Positions 26,700-37,630 of a stretch of 63,044 nt of DNA are shown one piece after another. The stretch is from Psammoneis japonica (lineage: Eukaryota). Position 1 is the stretch's first letter, and each line of letters opens with the position of its first letter. The notes beneath the pieces are model-generated. The model worked only from the letters and a program-made list of their open reading frames with translations, searched no databases and was not told the origin of the DNA. The stretch lies in assembly GCA_008632985.1 (NCBI GenBank), contig QPGO01000309.1:1-63044 (forward strand). Direction: 5' to 3'. The position numbers were made by a program, and so were the translations under genes.

Positions 26700-28840
26700 G
26701 ATGATGCTCCTCACCGTCGGTTGAAGGATGAAAAATTCAATTGCTGCACTTGCAGGGCCCCACAAGCATTGAAGAAAGATTTGTGCCACTGAAGAGATGA
26801 CATGTTGTCGTGCATGCTAATCCTGCAGCTGCAGCAGAACATTGTGGGCACAGCCTGCTGCTCTCTTCACAAAATGTGCACTGTCCTTTTCGGGAGGCTT
26901 TTGTTGGCCGGGACCAACAGCACCTGCCACACCCAAAACATCAGCATTTGCTTGGTTTGCCAAGTTTCAAAAAATGGAAATGTGAGCTGTGTGGCAACTC
27001 TGTGTTTGGAGTCACACCCAAATCTGCTGCTGCTGCCATGCACAGAAGATTTGGAGCTTGTGGCCAATGTGACGTTGAAATGACAGCATGCTCTCACACC
27101 CTGTGCAGGGCTGTGCACAAACTTGGGCTTGCAAAACTTTGTACACAAGCTCAGCACCAAATGAACAAGGTGACGAATGTGCTGGCAATTGTCAACAGAA
27201 CAAGAGGAATTTTTTGTGAGCGTGCGCACACCCCCCACAACATCTTTGGCTTGCCTGGGTGGGCTCATCAAACATCAAAGAATGAACGTGGCCCATTTTA
27301 ATTCTCATGGGTGTGCACAATGAAAAGCCTTTGACTTCACAAAAGAGGGGGCATGAAACAATTTTGTGGAAGGTCACACCCAGAAATGTGCACACATGGC
27401 GTGCACGGCACATGGCACAAAAAAACTTTGTCGCAGCTCAGCAGCAAGCACAAGCCCCCACCCAGATCTGGAGCACATTCTCAAAAGACCATGTCAGTGC
27501 TGGGTTGCAGCTTCCAGTTTCAGCTTCCAGTTTCAGCCAGTGGGTCAGTTGCCCCCCCCTCCACTGCCATCACCCTCTTGGAAAGACGAAGGTCTCTGGC
27601 TGCTGCTGGTCTGTCAAGCGGCGCTGTTCCAGAGCCTGATGACAAGAAAGCACAACTGCAAGGTCTCCAGAATGCTGCGCAAAGGGGAAATCACAAGGCA
27701 GCTGTGAGAAACTCTTCAGCTCCATGCCAGAAATTGTGCGGCGAGGTCTGTGGGGGCTGGGAGCTTCTCTCGCACCTGCCAAAGGCACCATGGGCCCGGT
27801 TCGCCCTGCACTCTGGTGGCTCTGCTTGGAGCAGCTGCTGAACACACCGATCTTGCCCCTTGCTTGTTTGGAAATGTGCTTCATTGTCTGATCCGCTGTG
27901 CCGCCTGCTCTGCCGGCGGGGCTTGATGCCCCCAGATGTGTGCCCCCACCCCAGCAGCAAGTGCCAGCAGCTCAAGAATGCTCAATGCCAACAGGAGCTA
28001 GCTCACAAGGCATCCTGTTGGGAGTGCCTGAGAGTGGGTGCCCAAGCCACCTCCCCTTGTCTCGAAAGACAAGCCCCTGCAGGCCTGGAGGGCGCGGGAA
28101 CCACCCAGCCCCCTTGTGCAGAGCAGAGTCTTGAGCCTTGACCGACGGCTCCAATCCACAAGACTTCCAATTGTGAAAAACATGATTTTCTTTTCAGTGG
28201 TCCGTGGCCAAGGTCATTGGAGTTGTCATGGCTGGTGGCGGGTGGCTTTTGCAGCAATTTTGATCCTCACCCCCAATGCTGTCCCCGCCGCACACTCGCA
28301 AAATCTGGGAAATGCGCGCGCGCTGCACGACCAAATTGTGTCGCGGATTGCTGCAATCCGCGACACAATTTGGTCGTGCAGCGTGCAGATTTCTTCTGAC
28401 CAAGCAAGGAACTGTGATGGATCATTCTTCTTTTCTGTTGGAGATTGCATGCCCACAAGAAACCACAACAAAATTTTGCGGTTTCCACTTTGCCTTTCTT
28501 CATTGTCATCATCTCTAAAATGCCAGCAGCCATGATGAACCACTCCATGCTGGTTCTTTGCATTCAGATCGTCTTCCTTGACAGGTCCGTGCAAGGCCGA
28601 ATCAAGTTTGACGCCTTTGGACAAGCCCCGACGGATGCATGTGATGAAGACGACTGCTCCGATGTGTCTTCTGCAGATGATGCTCTTGTGGTTGGTGCTG
28701 GGTTTTGCCTCTTCTGCGCATTCATGACATTTCTATGCTGCATTTGCGACAGGACACAAAGCGAACAGGACGAGCTTCAACGCAGGAGAGGCATTTTTTT
28801 CTGCATTGCTCTTGCTGTGGTGCTCATTGTCATTGCCGTT
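26700..28840. other. TpA-depleted domain 4, including a strongly degenerate MITE copy (~27100-27480)
   Basis: TA loss. aagcctttgacttcacaaaa..cccacccagatctggagcac resembles the MITE interior and end. Confidence 0.75.
28321..28383. repeat. Perfect inverted repeat, 31-bp arms with a 1-nt spacer
   Basis: cgctgcacgaccaaattgtgtcgcggattgc-t-gcaatccgcgacacaatttggtcgtgcagcg. Confidence 0.95.
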
Positions 28841-28852
28841 TTCTTAGGATAG
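28520..28852 (+). pseudogene. Small membrane-protein-like ORF (110 aa), apparently TpA-mutated
   Basis: Hydrophobic helices plus an acidic loop. No Tyr, with Cys at positions where Tyr would be natural (DACDEDDCSD, FCLFCAF). Confidence 0.4.
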
Positions 28853-29489
28853 AGCCAAGCTGTGGCCATGGAGTAAAAAGTGACTCTCACAACTGTTGTG
28901 GGCCCCGAATCGTGCGAGTAACAAGTGATCTATGTAGCAACAACGATTCAATGTGTGTGACATCTACAGACTTTCATCCGAGGTAGAAAATGAGGTGCCT
29001 AGATTGTTGATAAAAAAATCATTTCATTTTTCTTGGCGACTGTCCTCATAAATGAGTTATTAACTGCCATAGGTATGAACGAAATAAAGTGAAACGGAGT
29101 TCTACCAATGTTGTCACTCTCGAACAACCCACGTCCAAGCTTGACGTACACAGCTCGAAAAAAAATCAACCCATGGTTGCTATTGCGTGGTCTACTGCTG
29201 ATCTGGTGGATGTTGCTGAACAACAGTGCACCTGAGCTCCACAAAAAACATGCAAATAGAATGACGCCGACTCGGCCATTGACTGTCATGACTGCTGCAA
29301 TTGCCAATGTTGCCGAGGGGGGAGGGATCTGACTCTGCGTATATCGCTGTGGGTTTTCCACAAGCTCCATCTTATTCTTTTCAGCACTCGCGCGTATGTT
29401 GACGTCTTTTGCACAAGGAAGCGTCGTACAAAATTTGACAATTACAACCTCCCCGCAAGGCAATTCAAAACGAAAAATCCTCATATATT

Positions 29490-31120
29490 GTAGGAGCTTC
29501 TGGAACAAGCATTCATAGTACAGGACCTTCTTGTGCCAATGCTATCCTTTGTCTTATTGATGAGAACATTATTGAAAAGTCCAGTGTGTCAAGGGGTTTA
29601 TTGTTGGCATCATGACGGATCCCCAGCCGGACAAACGGATTCTCTGTTGGCGCGAGCGCATCCGGGGCGGCTTCCTGTAGGACACCATGGTTAGCTCGAG
29701 AATTATTGCGGCTTGGTGGTGGTTGCCCGAGCATCTTGAGCTAGGTCGAAGTGCCGGATCCTTCTACCAATACTATCCTTTGTCTTATTAATGAGAATAT
29801 AACAAAGCCCAAGGGGTTTATTGTTGGCATCATGACAAATCCCCAGCCGGACAACCAGATTCTCTGTTGGCGCGAGCACATTCAGGGTGGATTCTTGTAC
29901 ACCACGGTTTTCGCTCGTGCATTATTGCGGCTTGGTGGTTGCCCAAGTATCTTGAGCTAGGGCTTAGCGGCAGCCAACTACGGTTGGTTTCCTTTCAACG
30001 AGCACATAAAAAGGAGTATCCTGGTAGTCTCGAGGAGCGTCTGGAACAAGCATTCGTAGTACCGGACCTTTCTACCAATACTATCCTTAACCGCGGTTCT
30101 CGCTCGTCGTGTATTATATTGCGGCTTGGTGGTGGTTTTGCCAGAATATTTATTTGAGCGTGGGCTTAGCGGTAGCGACAACTGTTGGTAAATCCCTTTC
30201 ATGAGCACGCGTGGAACCATGTCGTTTGGCTTTTATTTCAGAGGATATCCTAGGCGCTTTCATTACAATACGACTTTTTACATTGAGTTGTGCGGCTGCG
30301 TAGGATGGATCCATCATTTTACAAGTACAAGTTTGAAGTCATCATTGTCCGTCAAGAACATGTTCATCAAAGGCTTTGTACAAGCACTACTTTGGGATCA
30401 AGCCCGCACATGTGAGAGATCCGAAATGACCAAGATTGATGGCGGCGTGCATTATATTTTGGCTTGGTGGATGCCCGAGCACCTCGAACTTGGGCTCAGT
30501 GGTAGCCACTGTTGGTTTCCCTTCAATGAGCCCGCGTGGAATCGTTTCGTTGGGATTTCGGAGGATCGATCCCCGGCGCTTTTGTTGCGACTTTACATTG
30601 AGTTGAGCTTCCTGCGATGGGTCCATCAAACCATTGGGGGTTCAAATCATTGTTCCCTATGACGAGCGCTCGGTATCCTTCAAAGACATGTTCCTCGAGG
30701 CATACGACGACTACTTTGGGATCAAGCCGAACGAGAAACCCGCAATGACCAAGGTGGATGGCGGCAAGAGCATCACCACGTTAACTGTTTACCGCAAACA
30801 AGAGCAGCGTATCCTTGATCAGGCCCTTCTCCCAACGGTTGGTGAACCAATCTTGCTCTCGGCTGACGGAACGTCGCTACGTGAATCTTCAGCGGATGGA
30901 GGATCTCCAGTTGATGGCGGCGATTCAAGACGATGCGTCCTTCTTGGATGATTCGTCTGCCGACAAGGAGAATGTTGTGCCGCACGAGCTAGAGGGCGAT
31001 AACGTACACGAGCCTGCTGTGAGAGGGAAGCAACAAGGGATTGGGGTTTTAGAGATCGAAAAGAAATTAATATGGAACGAAAAGAAAAGGCTACATGGAG
31101 ATTGTATCCAGTGACGGGTA
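29490..31120 (+). pseudogene. Series of degenerate partial tandem copies of the 3' half of the gene at 31248-33569
   Basis: Repeated GFIVGIMT..ILCWRE, AAWWLP.YLELGLSGS, TKVDGG and DDSSADKENVVP segments, with indels. Confidence 0.85.
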
Positions 31121-31247
31121 ACTTACCGACAGTATTGTAGGGCTCTCTCTAGAGTTGTGTAAACTTAGCCCAACGGATGCATCCCATAATTGAGTACGAG
31201 ACAAGCTGAAAGCCAGTAGTCTACAGTGGTCATCGAGGCTTCTTAGC

Positions 31248-33569
31248 ATGAAACAAAGAGAATACACGCACCAGCTGGTTCCGCACCCCCTGGTAGTAAA
31301 GCTGCATCTTGTACAAATGAAAGGAACTGTACTTATGATATCTGTGTAGCAATATTCCGGCTCAAAAGGTTGGTTTATGCAGTAAAAAGTCCCTGCAAAG
31401 GATGTATTCGCTACTTTGGTAAATCGGTAGAGCAGTCGAACCGTACCAAGGGTGCAAATGTTCTCTGCATACAATGCAAGCCCTTCATGGAGCAATCGTT
31501 GAAAGACGGTATCTTTGAAGACGATTCGACGGAGGGTTTTTTTCAAGATCTCCTTATCAAGCACTACGAGCAAAAGAAGCACATGTCAAAGTTGCCGTGG
31601 ATCGTGAAGAGTAGGAAGAATCTAGAGGACAAAAAGGAGTAAGTAAGCGCGGTCGGTTGATTGCTGTTGTTGCATCGTTTCGTACCTGAACTCATGATGA
31701 GTATGTTTCCTATCGTCTTTCATCAGGGAGTATCGTGCCAACTCGAGCCTCAAAAAGAAACAGGATCGAGAGCAAGTCAACGAGCTCAAGCGTACTGGAG
31801 ACCTCAAGGGCCTTGTGGAGATGGCGCAAGCAAAAGTGCTCCAGCAAGACGCGCGCAACAGCTGCGCAATAAGACGCTCGAGATAGCCGGGCAATCGTCG
31901 GAGCACCTTGACGGTATGAAACTTCTTGCGACAAAATACACCAAGCTAGCAGCATGCGCTGCTACTGATGGAAGTTTGAATGTGTGCGAAGGCCAATTCA
32001 TCATAGGCATGAAGGGAGCATCAGCCGACAGTTGCAGGGCCGCCGCAATGGACGCACACGAACTACCGAACGTCGTGTACAAGTACTCCCACAAGCAAGG
32101 GTTTGACCCCGACAAACTTGGAGTAAGTAAGCGCGGTCGGTTGATTGCTGTTGTTGCATCGTTTCGTACCTGAACTCATGATGAGTATGTTTCCTATCGT
32201 CTTTCATCAGGGAGTATCGTGCCAACTCGAGCCTCAAAAAGAAACAGGATCGAGAGCAAGTCAACGAGCTCAAGCGTACTGGAGACCTCAAGGGCCTTGT
32301 GGAGATGGCGCAAGCAAAAGTGCTCCAGCAAGACGCGCGCAACAGCTGCGCAATAAGACGCTCGAGATAGCCGGGCAATCGTCGGAGCACCTTGACGGTA
32401 TGAAACTTCTTGCGACAAAATACACCAAGCTAGCAGCATGCGCTGCTACTGATGGAAGTTTGAATGTGTGCGAAGGCCAATTCATCATAGGCATGAAGGG
32501 AGCATCAGCCGACAGTTGCAGGGCCGCCGCAATGGACGCACACGAACTACCGAACGTCGTGTACAAGTACTCCCACAAGCAAGGGTTTGACCCCGACAAA
32601 CTTCCTACCTTTTCCTATCGCATTCAATTTGGCTCGTATGAGTGTGCTGCTGACTTGTACGAAGACCAATATGATGATGAAGACGAGAACGCCCTCAAAA
32701 AGACCAAGACGATCAAGAGTTGCTTCAGCGCTGATGATACTGACTCTTTCAACCAGGTTATCGAGACCTCCATCGAGATTGACAACCTCCGCAAGGCAAT
32801 TCTAAAGGAGTATCCTGGTACTCTCAAGGAGCGTCTGGAACAACAATTTGTACCGGACCTTCCTACCGATACCATCCTTCGTCTTGTTGATGAGAATATC
32901 ACCAAGCCCTCTATGAAGGCGTTTATTGTTGGCATCATGACGGACCCTCATCCGAACGACCAGACCATTTGTTGGCGCGAGCGTATCCGTGGCGGATTCT
33001 TGTACACTGCGGTAAAATCGTGTGTTGCGGCTTGGTGGTTGCCCGAGTATCTTGAGCTCGGGCTTAGCGGTAGTCACTACTGGTTTCCCTTCAACGAGCT
33101 TGCGTGGAACCGCTTCGTTGGGCTTTCGGAAGACCCTCGTCGCTTTTACTACGACTTTACCTTGGGTTGGGCGGCGTATGATGGGTCCATCATTTACAAG
33201 AACAAGTTTGAAATCATTGTCCCTTACGATGAGAATCGGGTATCCGTCAAGAACATGTTCCTCAAGGCTTACCAGGACTACTTTGGGATCAAGCCGAAAC
33301 AATACAACCAAATGACCAAGGTGGATGGCGGTAAGAGTATCACCACGTTGACTGTTCATAGCAAACAGGAAATGCGAATCTTTGGTCAGGCTCTTCTCCC
33401 CATGGTTGGAGACCCGATTTTATTCTCGGCGGACGGAACCTACCCCGAGCGCAAGCGCTACGTGAATCGCCAGCGGATGGAGAGTCTTCAGTTGATGGCG
33501 GCGATTGAAGACGACGGGTCTTTCTTGGATGATTCGTCTGCAGATAAGGAGAACGTTGTGCCGTACTAG
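31248..33569 (+). CDS. Multi-exon uncharacterised gene: N-terminal CxxC pairs and a possible C-terminal LAGLIDADG-like domain. Disrupted by an internal duplication and an apparent frameshift; true start not located.
   Basis: ORFs 31370-31642 and 32145-33569. Intron gtaagt(31639)..catcag(31726). Motifs AFIVGIMTD and FTLGWAAYDGSI. Confidence 0.55.
31636..32603. repeat. Apparently exact tandem duplication, 484-bp period (31636-32119, 32120-32603)
   Basis: Identical translated ORFs offset by 484 nt; gacaaa microhomology near the junction. Confidence 0.95.
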
Positions 33570-35079
33570 GGAGATACTTGTATAGGCGAGTTTGTCCGAC
33601 GAGACTTGGGAATTGGCTTCGTGAGATTGTCTGTAGAACACGATTAGAGTTGTGAGAAACACAAGAGTGCAACGAGAATGATGGTGCAATTGCGCAATGT
33701 GCGTTGGACTTACGCATTCTTGTTTTTACCACCAATATATGTTATGCCAAGAGTCTATTCGGTCTACTCTTGGCGATGATTGTTTGCTGTAGCTTGTGTA
33801 AACTAATCATTTAGGAATGGCCGTAGAGAAACATCTATTCGTTGCTAGCCATGGCCGTTCAGTCCGCGCACAGTGCATGGTGCATGACGTTAGGACATGC
33901 CCACGATGTGAGGTTGATAAGGATAACGTTGTACCGTACCAGAGTGAAACAACGAGTCCTGGGGGTGACGTACAGTATCAAGCGCCTGCTGAAATGAGAG
34001 GGGAAGCAACAAGCAATTTCAAATTGGGGTGTTGGAAAACGAAAAGAAAATACTAGAGTAGGTGTTGCATCAAGTGACGGGCGACTTACCGACGTTGTGG
34101 GTACCACTGGTAGAGCAATACAGTACTTTGTGGTGTGACCGTGTGTGGGTTTTATTTAGTTTTGTAAACTTCTACAGCACAACAGATGAAATGTCGAGAT
34201 ACCTGTAGCTCAATACCGTCTGAATCCCATTTACTTTTTCGGCAAACTCGTGCGCAAAGGCAGATGATGTATGGTTTATTCCAATGAATCGATGGGATCA
34301 CGATGCAGAGCCACCAGTAGCAAAAATGCTTTCTTTGTCACTCATAATCTCCTGTTTTTAAACTTATCGAGCATTCGAATCAAAGCTTCTCGGTACGTAG
34401 TAGTCCTCTGGTAATTATTTATTGCCATTAGTGACAATGTGTGCATGGACACACAAGGAGGAAGTGGTGACTTTCTCCTTTCTCCGTGCTGTAAGGATTT
34501 CTCAAAGCAACAAGAATTATGCTGTAACAAAGGACACGGCCATAAAAAGAGAGAAGCATACAAACAGTATCAGACGTTAGGAACGGGGATTGTGAAAGAC
34601 GTGCCAGGATCATGTGCAGCGCGGCAGGATCACGCATTGTGGCAGTGCGATTTGAAAAAATCAAGTGCATTGGAAAACGCCATGATGATAAAAAGAAAAT
34701 ACATACCTTCATACCTCAATCCAGTTGCAAGGCTCTAAGTTGTGCTTCACCATCTTTGCAACAACCACATCATCAACTGACTGTGCAGCGATCAGCGATG
34801 CACACCTGCACATCTTCAACCTGCCGAGTTAAAAAATGAGCGGAGTTTGCACGACGGGTCGCCAGTTGGCGATCGGCATGTTGTGTCGTCACGCGCGACG
34901 AAAATCAACGGTTTGCAAAGTTTCCGATGACGTAGGCAGGTACAGCTGCTAAGCGCTAAACGCGCGACATATCAGGGATACGTAGAATTGTACGTGGAAA
35001 ATTACAGAAGCCATTTTAAAACACCACAAAACAACTCCATATAATCAAAATTTCTCCTTATTGTCTGTTGTCTCGGCAA

Positions 35080-37630
35080 AGGCTCGCCCAAGATGACCCG
35101 CTATGGCGCAGTGGTAACGCATTTCACTTGTAATGAAAAGATCCCCAGTTCAATCCTGGGTGGCGGCTTCCTTTTTCTCTTTTTCTCATTTTTCGCTGCA
35201 ATGAAAAGATCCACAGTTCAATCCTGGGTGGCGGCTTCTTTTTTCCTTTTTCACACACATCCTGATGGCCTGCTTCTGTGTGAAAATTGTGAGCACAGGG
35301 TGGCTGTGCACACAAGAGCCTTGACAAAGGTTCTTTCTGGCAGCTGTTCAACAAGAGCGACACATGTGAACCTGCCTTTCCTCACAGCCCCACTTCAGTT
35401 TTGGCTCTCTTTTTTTGCTGCACTCCCAGTTCAACCCTGGTTGGCTGCTCTTTTTTTTCACAAGCTTTGCCCTTTGTTCCCAAAGTGTTTCGGCTTGTTG
35501 CCATTGTCCCCCGGCTTGGCGCAGCGGCAACGCGTTTCACTTGCAATGAAAAGATCCCCAGTTCAATCCTGGGAGTCGGCTCTCTTTTTGAATTTTTTTG
35601 ATCTTGCACGAGCTTTGTTTCACATGCAATGAAAAGGTCCCCAGTCCAATCCTGAATGGCGGCTTGTTTTGGCTGTTTGTTTTCTGCAGTGGTGGTGCAC
35701 TTCACTTGTGATGAAAAGATCCCCAGCTCAACACTGGGTGTCAGATTTTTTTGTTGCTGCTTTGCCCTTTTTCTTCCCTGAAGTGCTGCTGCTCTTTGTT
35801 GTTGTCTTGTGCTGGGATTTCCCCCTCTCTCTCAAAGTGTGCTTTGCTTGCAATGAAAAGATCACTGGCAGCTCAGCCCTGAAAAGTGCTTTCCTTGCAG
35901 TGAAAAAAGAGAGAGCTCAGAGCTCCACATCCTCACCATGCAACAAAAAACACTTGGCTGTGCCGCCTCTTTGCCCGCACCTCTGTTTTTTTGGTTCAGC
36001 CCTGGAAAGTGCACCCTGTTGGCTTCTTCTTGCAGAGAGCCAAGAGAACTCAGCTCCATCAAAAGTGAGCCAGAAGGCTTGCTGAGATGACACCCGCCAC
36101 ACGGCGCAGTGGTGACGCGCTTCACTTGTGATGAAAAGATCCCCAGTTCAATCCTGGGTGGCGGCTTCCTTTTTCCCTTTTTCTCATTTTTCGCTGCAAT
36201 GAAAAGATCCCCAGTTCAGTCCTGGGAGTCGGCTCTTTTTTTTGGTTTTTGCAACTTCACTTGCAATGAAAAGTGCACAGCTCAACCCTGGGTGAGGGCT
36301 TTTCTTTTAGCCTTTTTCACCCCCATCCCCAGTTCAAACCTGGGTGGCGGCTTCTTTTTTCTTTTTTCAAACACGTTCTTGTGGCACCTGCTGCCATTTG
36401 AAACTTCTGAGCACAGGCTTGCTGTGCACACAAGAGCCTTTTGAAAAAGTTCTTCCGCGCAGCTCTCTGCAACAAGAAAAAACATGTGAGCCTGCCTTTC
36501 CTCAAAGCCCTGTCTCAGTTTTGACTTGGTGTTGGCTCTCTTTTTTTGCTGCACCCCCAGTTCAATCGTGGTTGGCTGCTCTTTGTTTTTTACAAGCTCC
36601 GCACTTTGCTCCCAAAGCACTTGCAATGAAAAGATCCCCAGTTCAATCCTGGGAGTCGGCTGTCTTTTTTGGTTTTTGCAACTTCACTTGCAATGAAAAG
36701 TGCACAGTTCAACCCTGGGTGAGGGCTTTTCTTTTAGCCTTTTTCACCCACATCCTCATCATGCAACAAAAAACACATGGGCATGTCGCCTCTCTGCCCG
36801 CACCTCTGTTTTTTTTTCTCAGCCCTGGAAAGTGCATTCTCCTGTTGGCTGCTTCTTGCACACAGCCAAGAGAACTCAGCTTCATCAGAAGTGGGCCAGA
36901 AGGCTCACCAAGATGACCCCCATTGTGGCGCAGTGACAACGCATTTCACTGGCAATGAAAAGATCCCCAGTTCAATCCTGGGCGACGGCTTCCTTTTTCT
37001 CTTTTTCTCTTTCAGCCGTTTTCTCACACATTCTCATCATGCAACAAAGCCGCACCTCTGTCTTTTTGGCTCAGCCCTGGAAAGTGCACCCTGTTGGCTT
37101 CTTGCAAAGAGCCAAGAGAACTCAGCTCCATCAGAAGTGGGCCAGAAGGCTTGCCAAGATGTCCCCAGTTATGGCGCAGTGGTGGCGCATTTCACTTGCA
37201 ATGAAAAGATCCCCAGTTCAATCCTGGGAGTCGGCTCTCTTTTTTTGGTTTTTGCAACTTCACTTGCAATGAAAAGTGCACAGTTCAACCCTGGGTGAGG
37301 GCTTTTCTTTCAGCCTTTTTCACACACATCCTCATCATGCAACAAAAAACACATGGGTGTGCCACCTCTCTGCCCTTGCCTCTGTTTTTTTTTTGCTCAG
37401 CCCTGGAAAGCGCACCCTGCTGGCTTCTTGCAAAGAGCCAAGAGAACTCAGCTCCATCAGAAGTGGGCTTGAAGGCTTGCCAAGATGACCCCCATCATGG
37501 CGCAGTGGCAACGCATTTCACTTGCGACAAAAAGATCCTCAGTTCAATCCTGGGCGACGGCTTCCTTTTTCTGTTGTTCTCATTTTTTTGCTGTGTTGAA
37601 AAGATTCCCAGCTCAACAGGTGTTGGCTTC
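35080..37630 (+). repeat. Tandem array of decayed tRNA-Thr(UGU) copies and 3'-half copies
   Basis: Near-full copies at ~35510, 35686, 36093, 36916, 37161 and 37488. Many halves start at the anticodon arm. Shared leader aaggct..ccaagatgaccc. Confidence 0.9.
35097..35168 (+). tRNA. tRNA-Thr(UGU), best-preserved copy; C1:C72 mismatch, so possibly non-functional
   Basis: Cloverleaf: D arm gcgc-agtggta-acgc, anticodon arm tttca-cttgtaa-tgaaa (TGT 35129-35131), T arm cccag-ttcaatc-ctggg, followed by a T-run. Confidence 0.8.

Noticed and set aside
35080..37630. CRISPR-like repeat/spacer array
   Set aside because: The repeats are tRNA fragments, the intervening sequences are themselves repeated, there are no cas genes and the context is eukaryotic.
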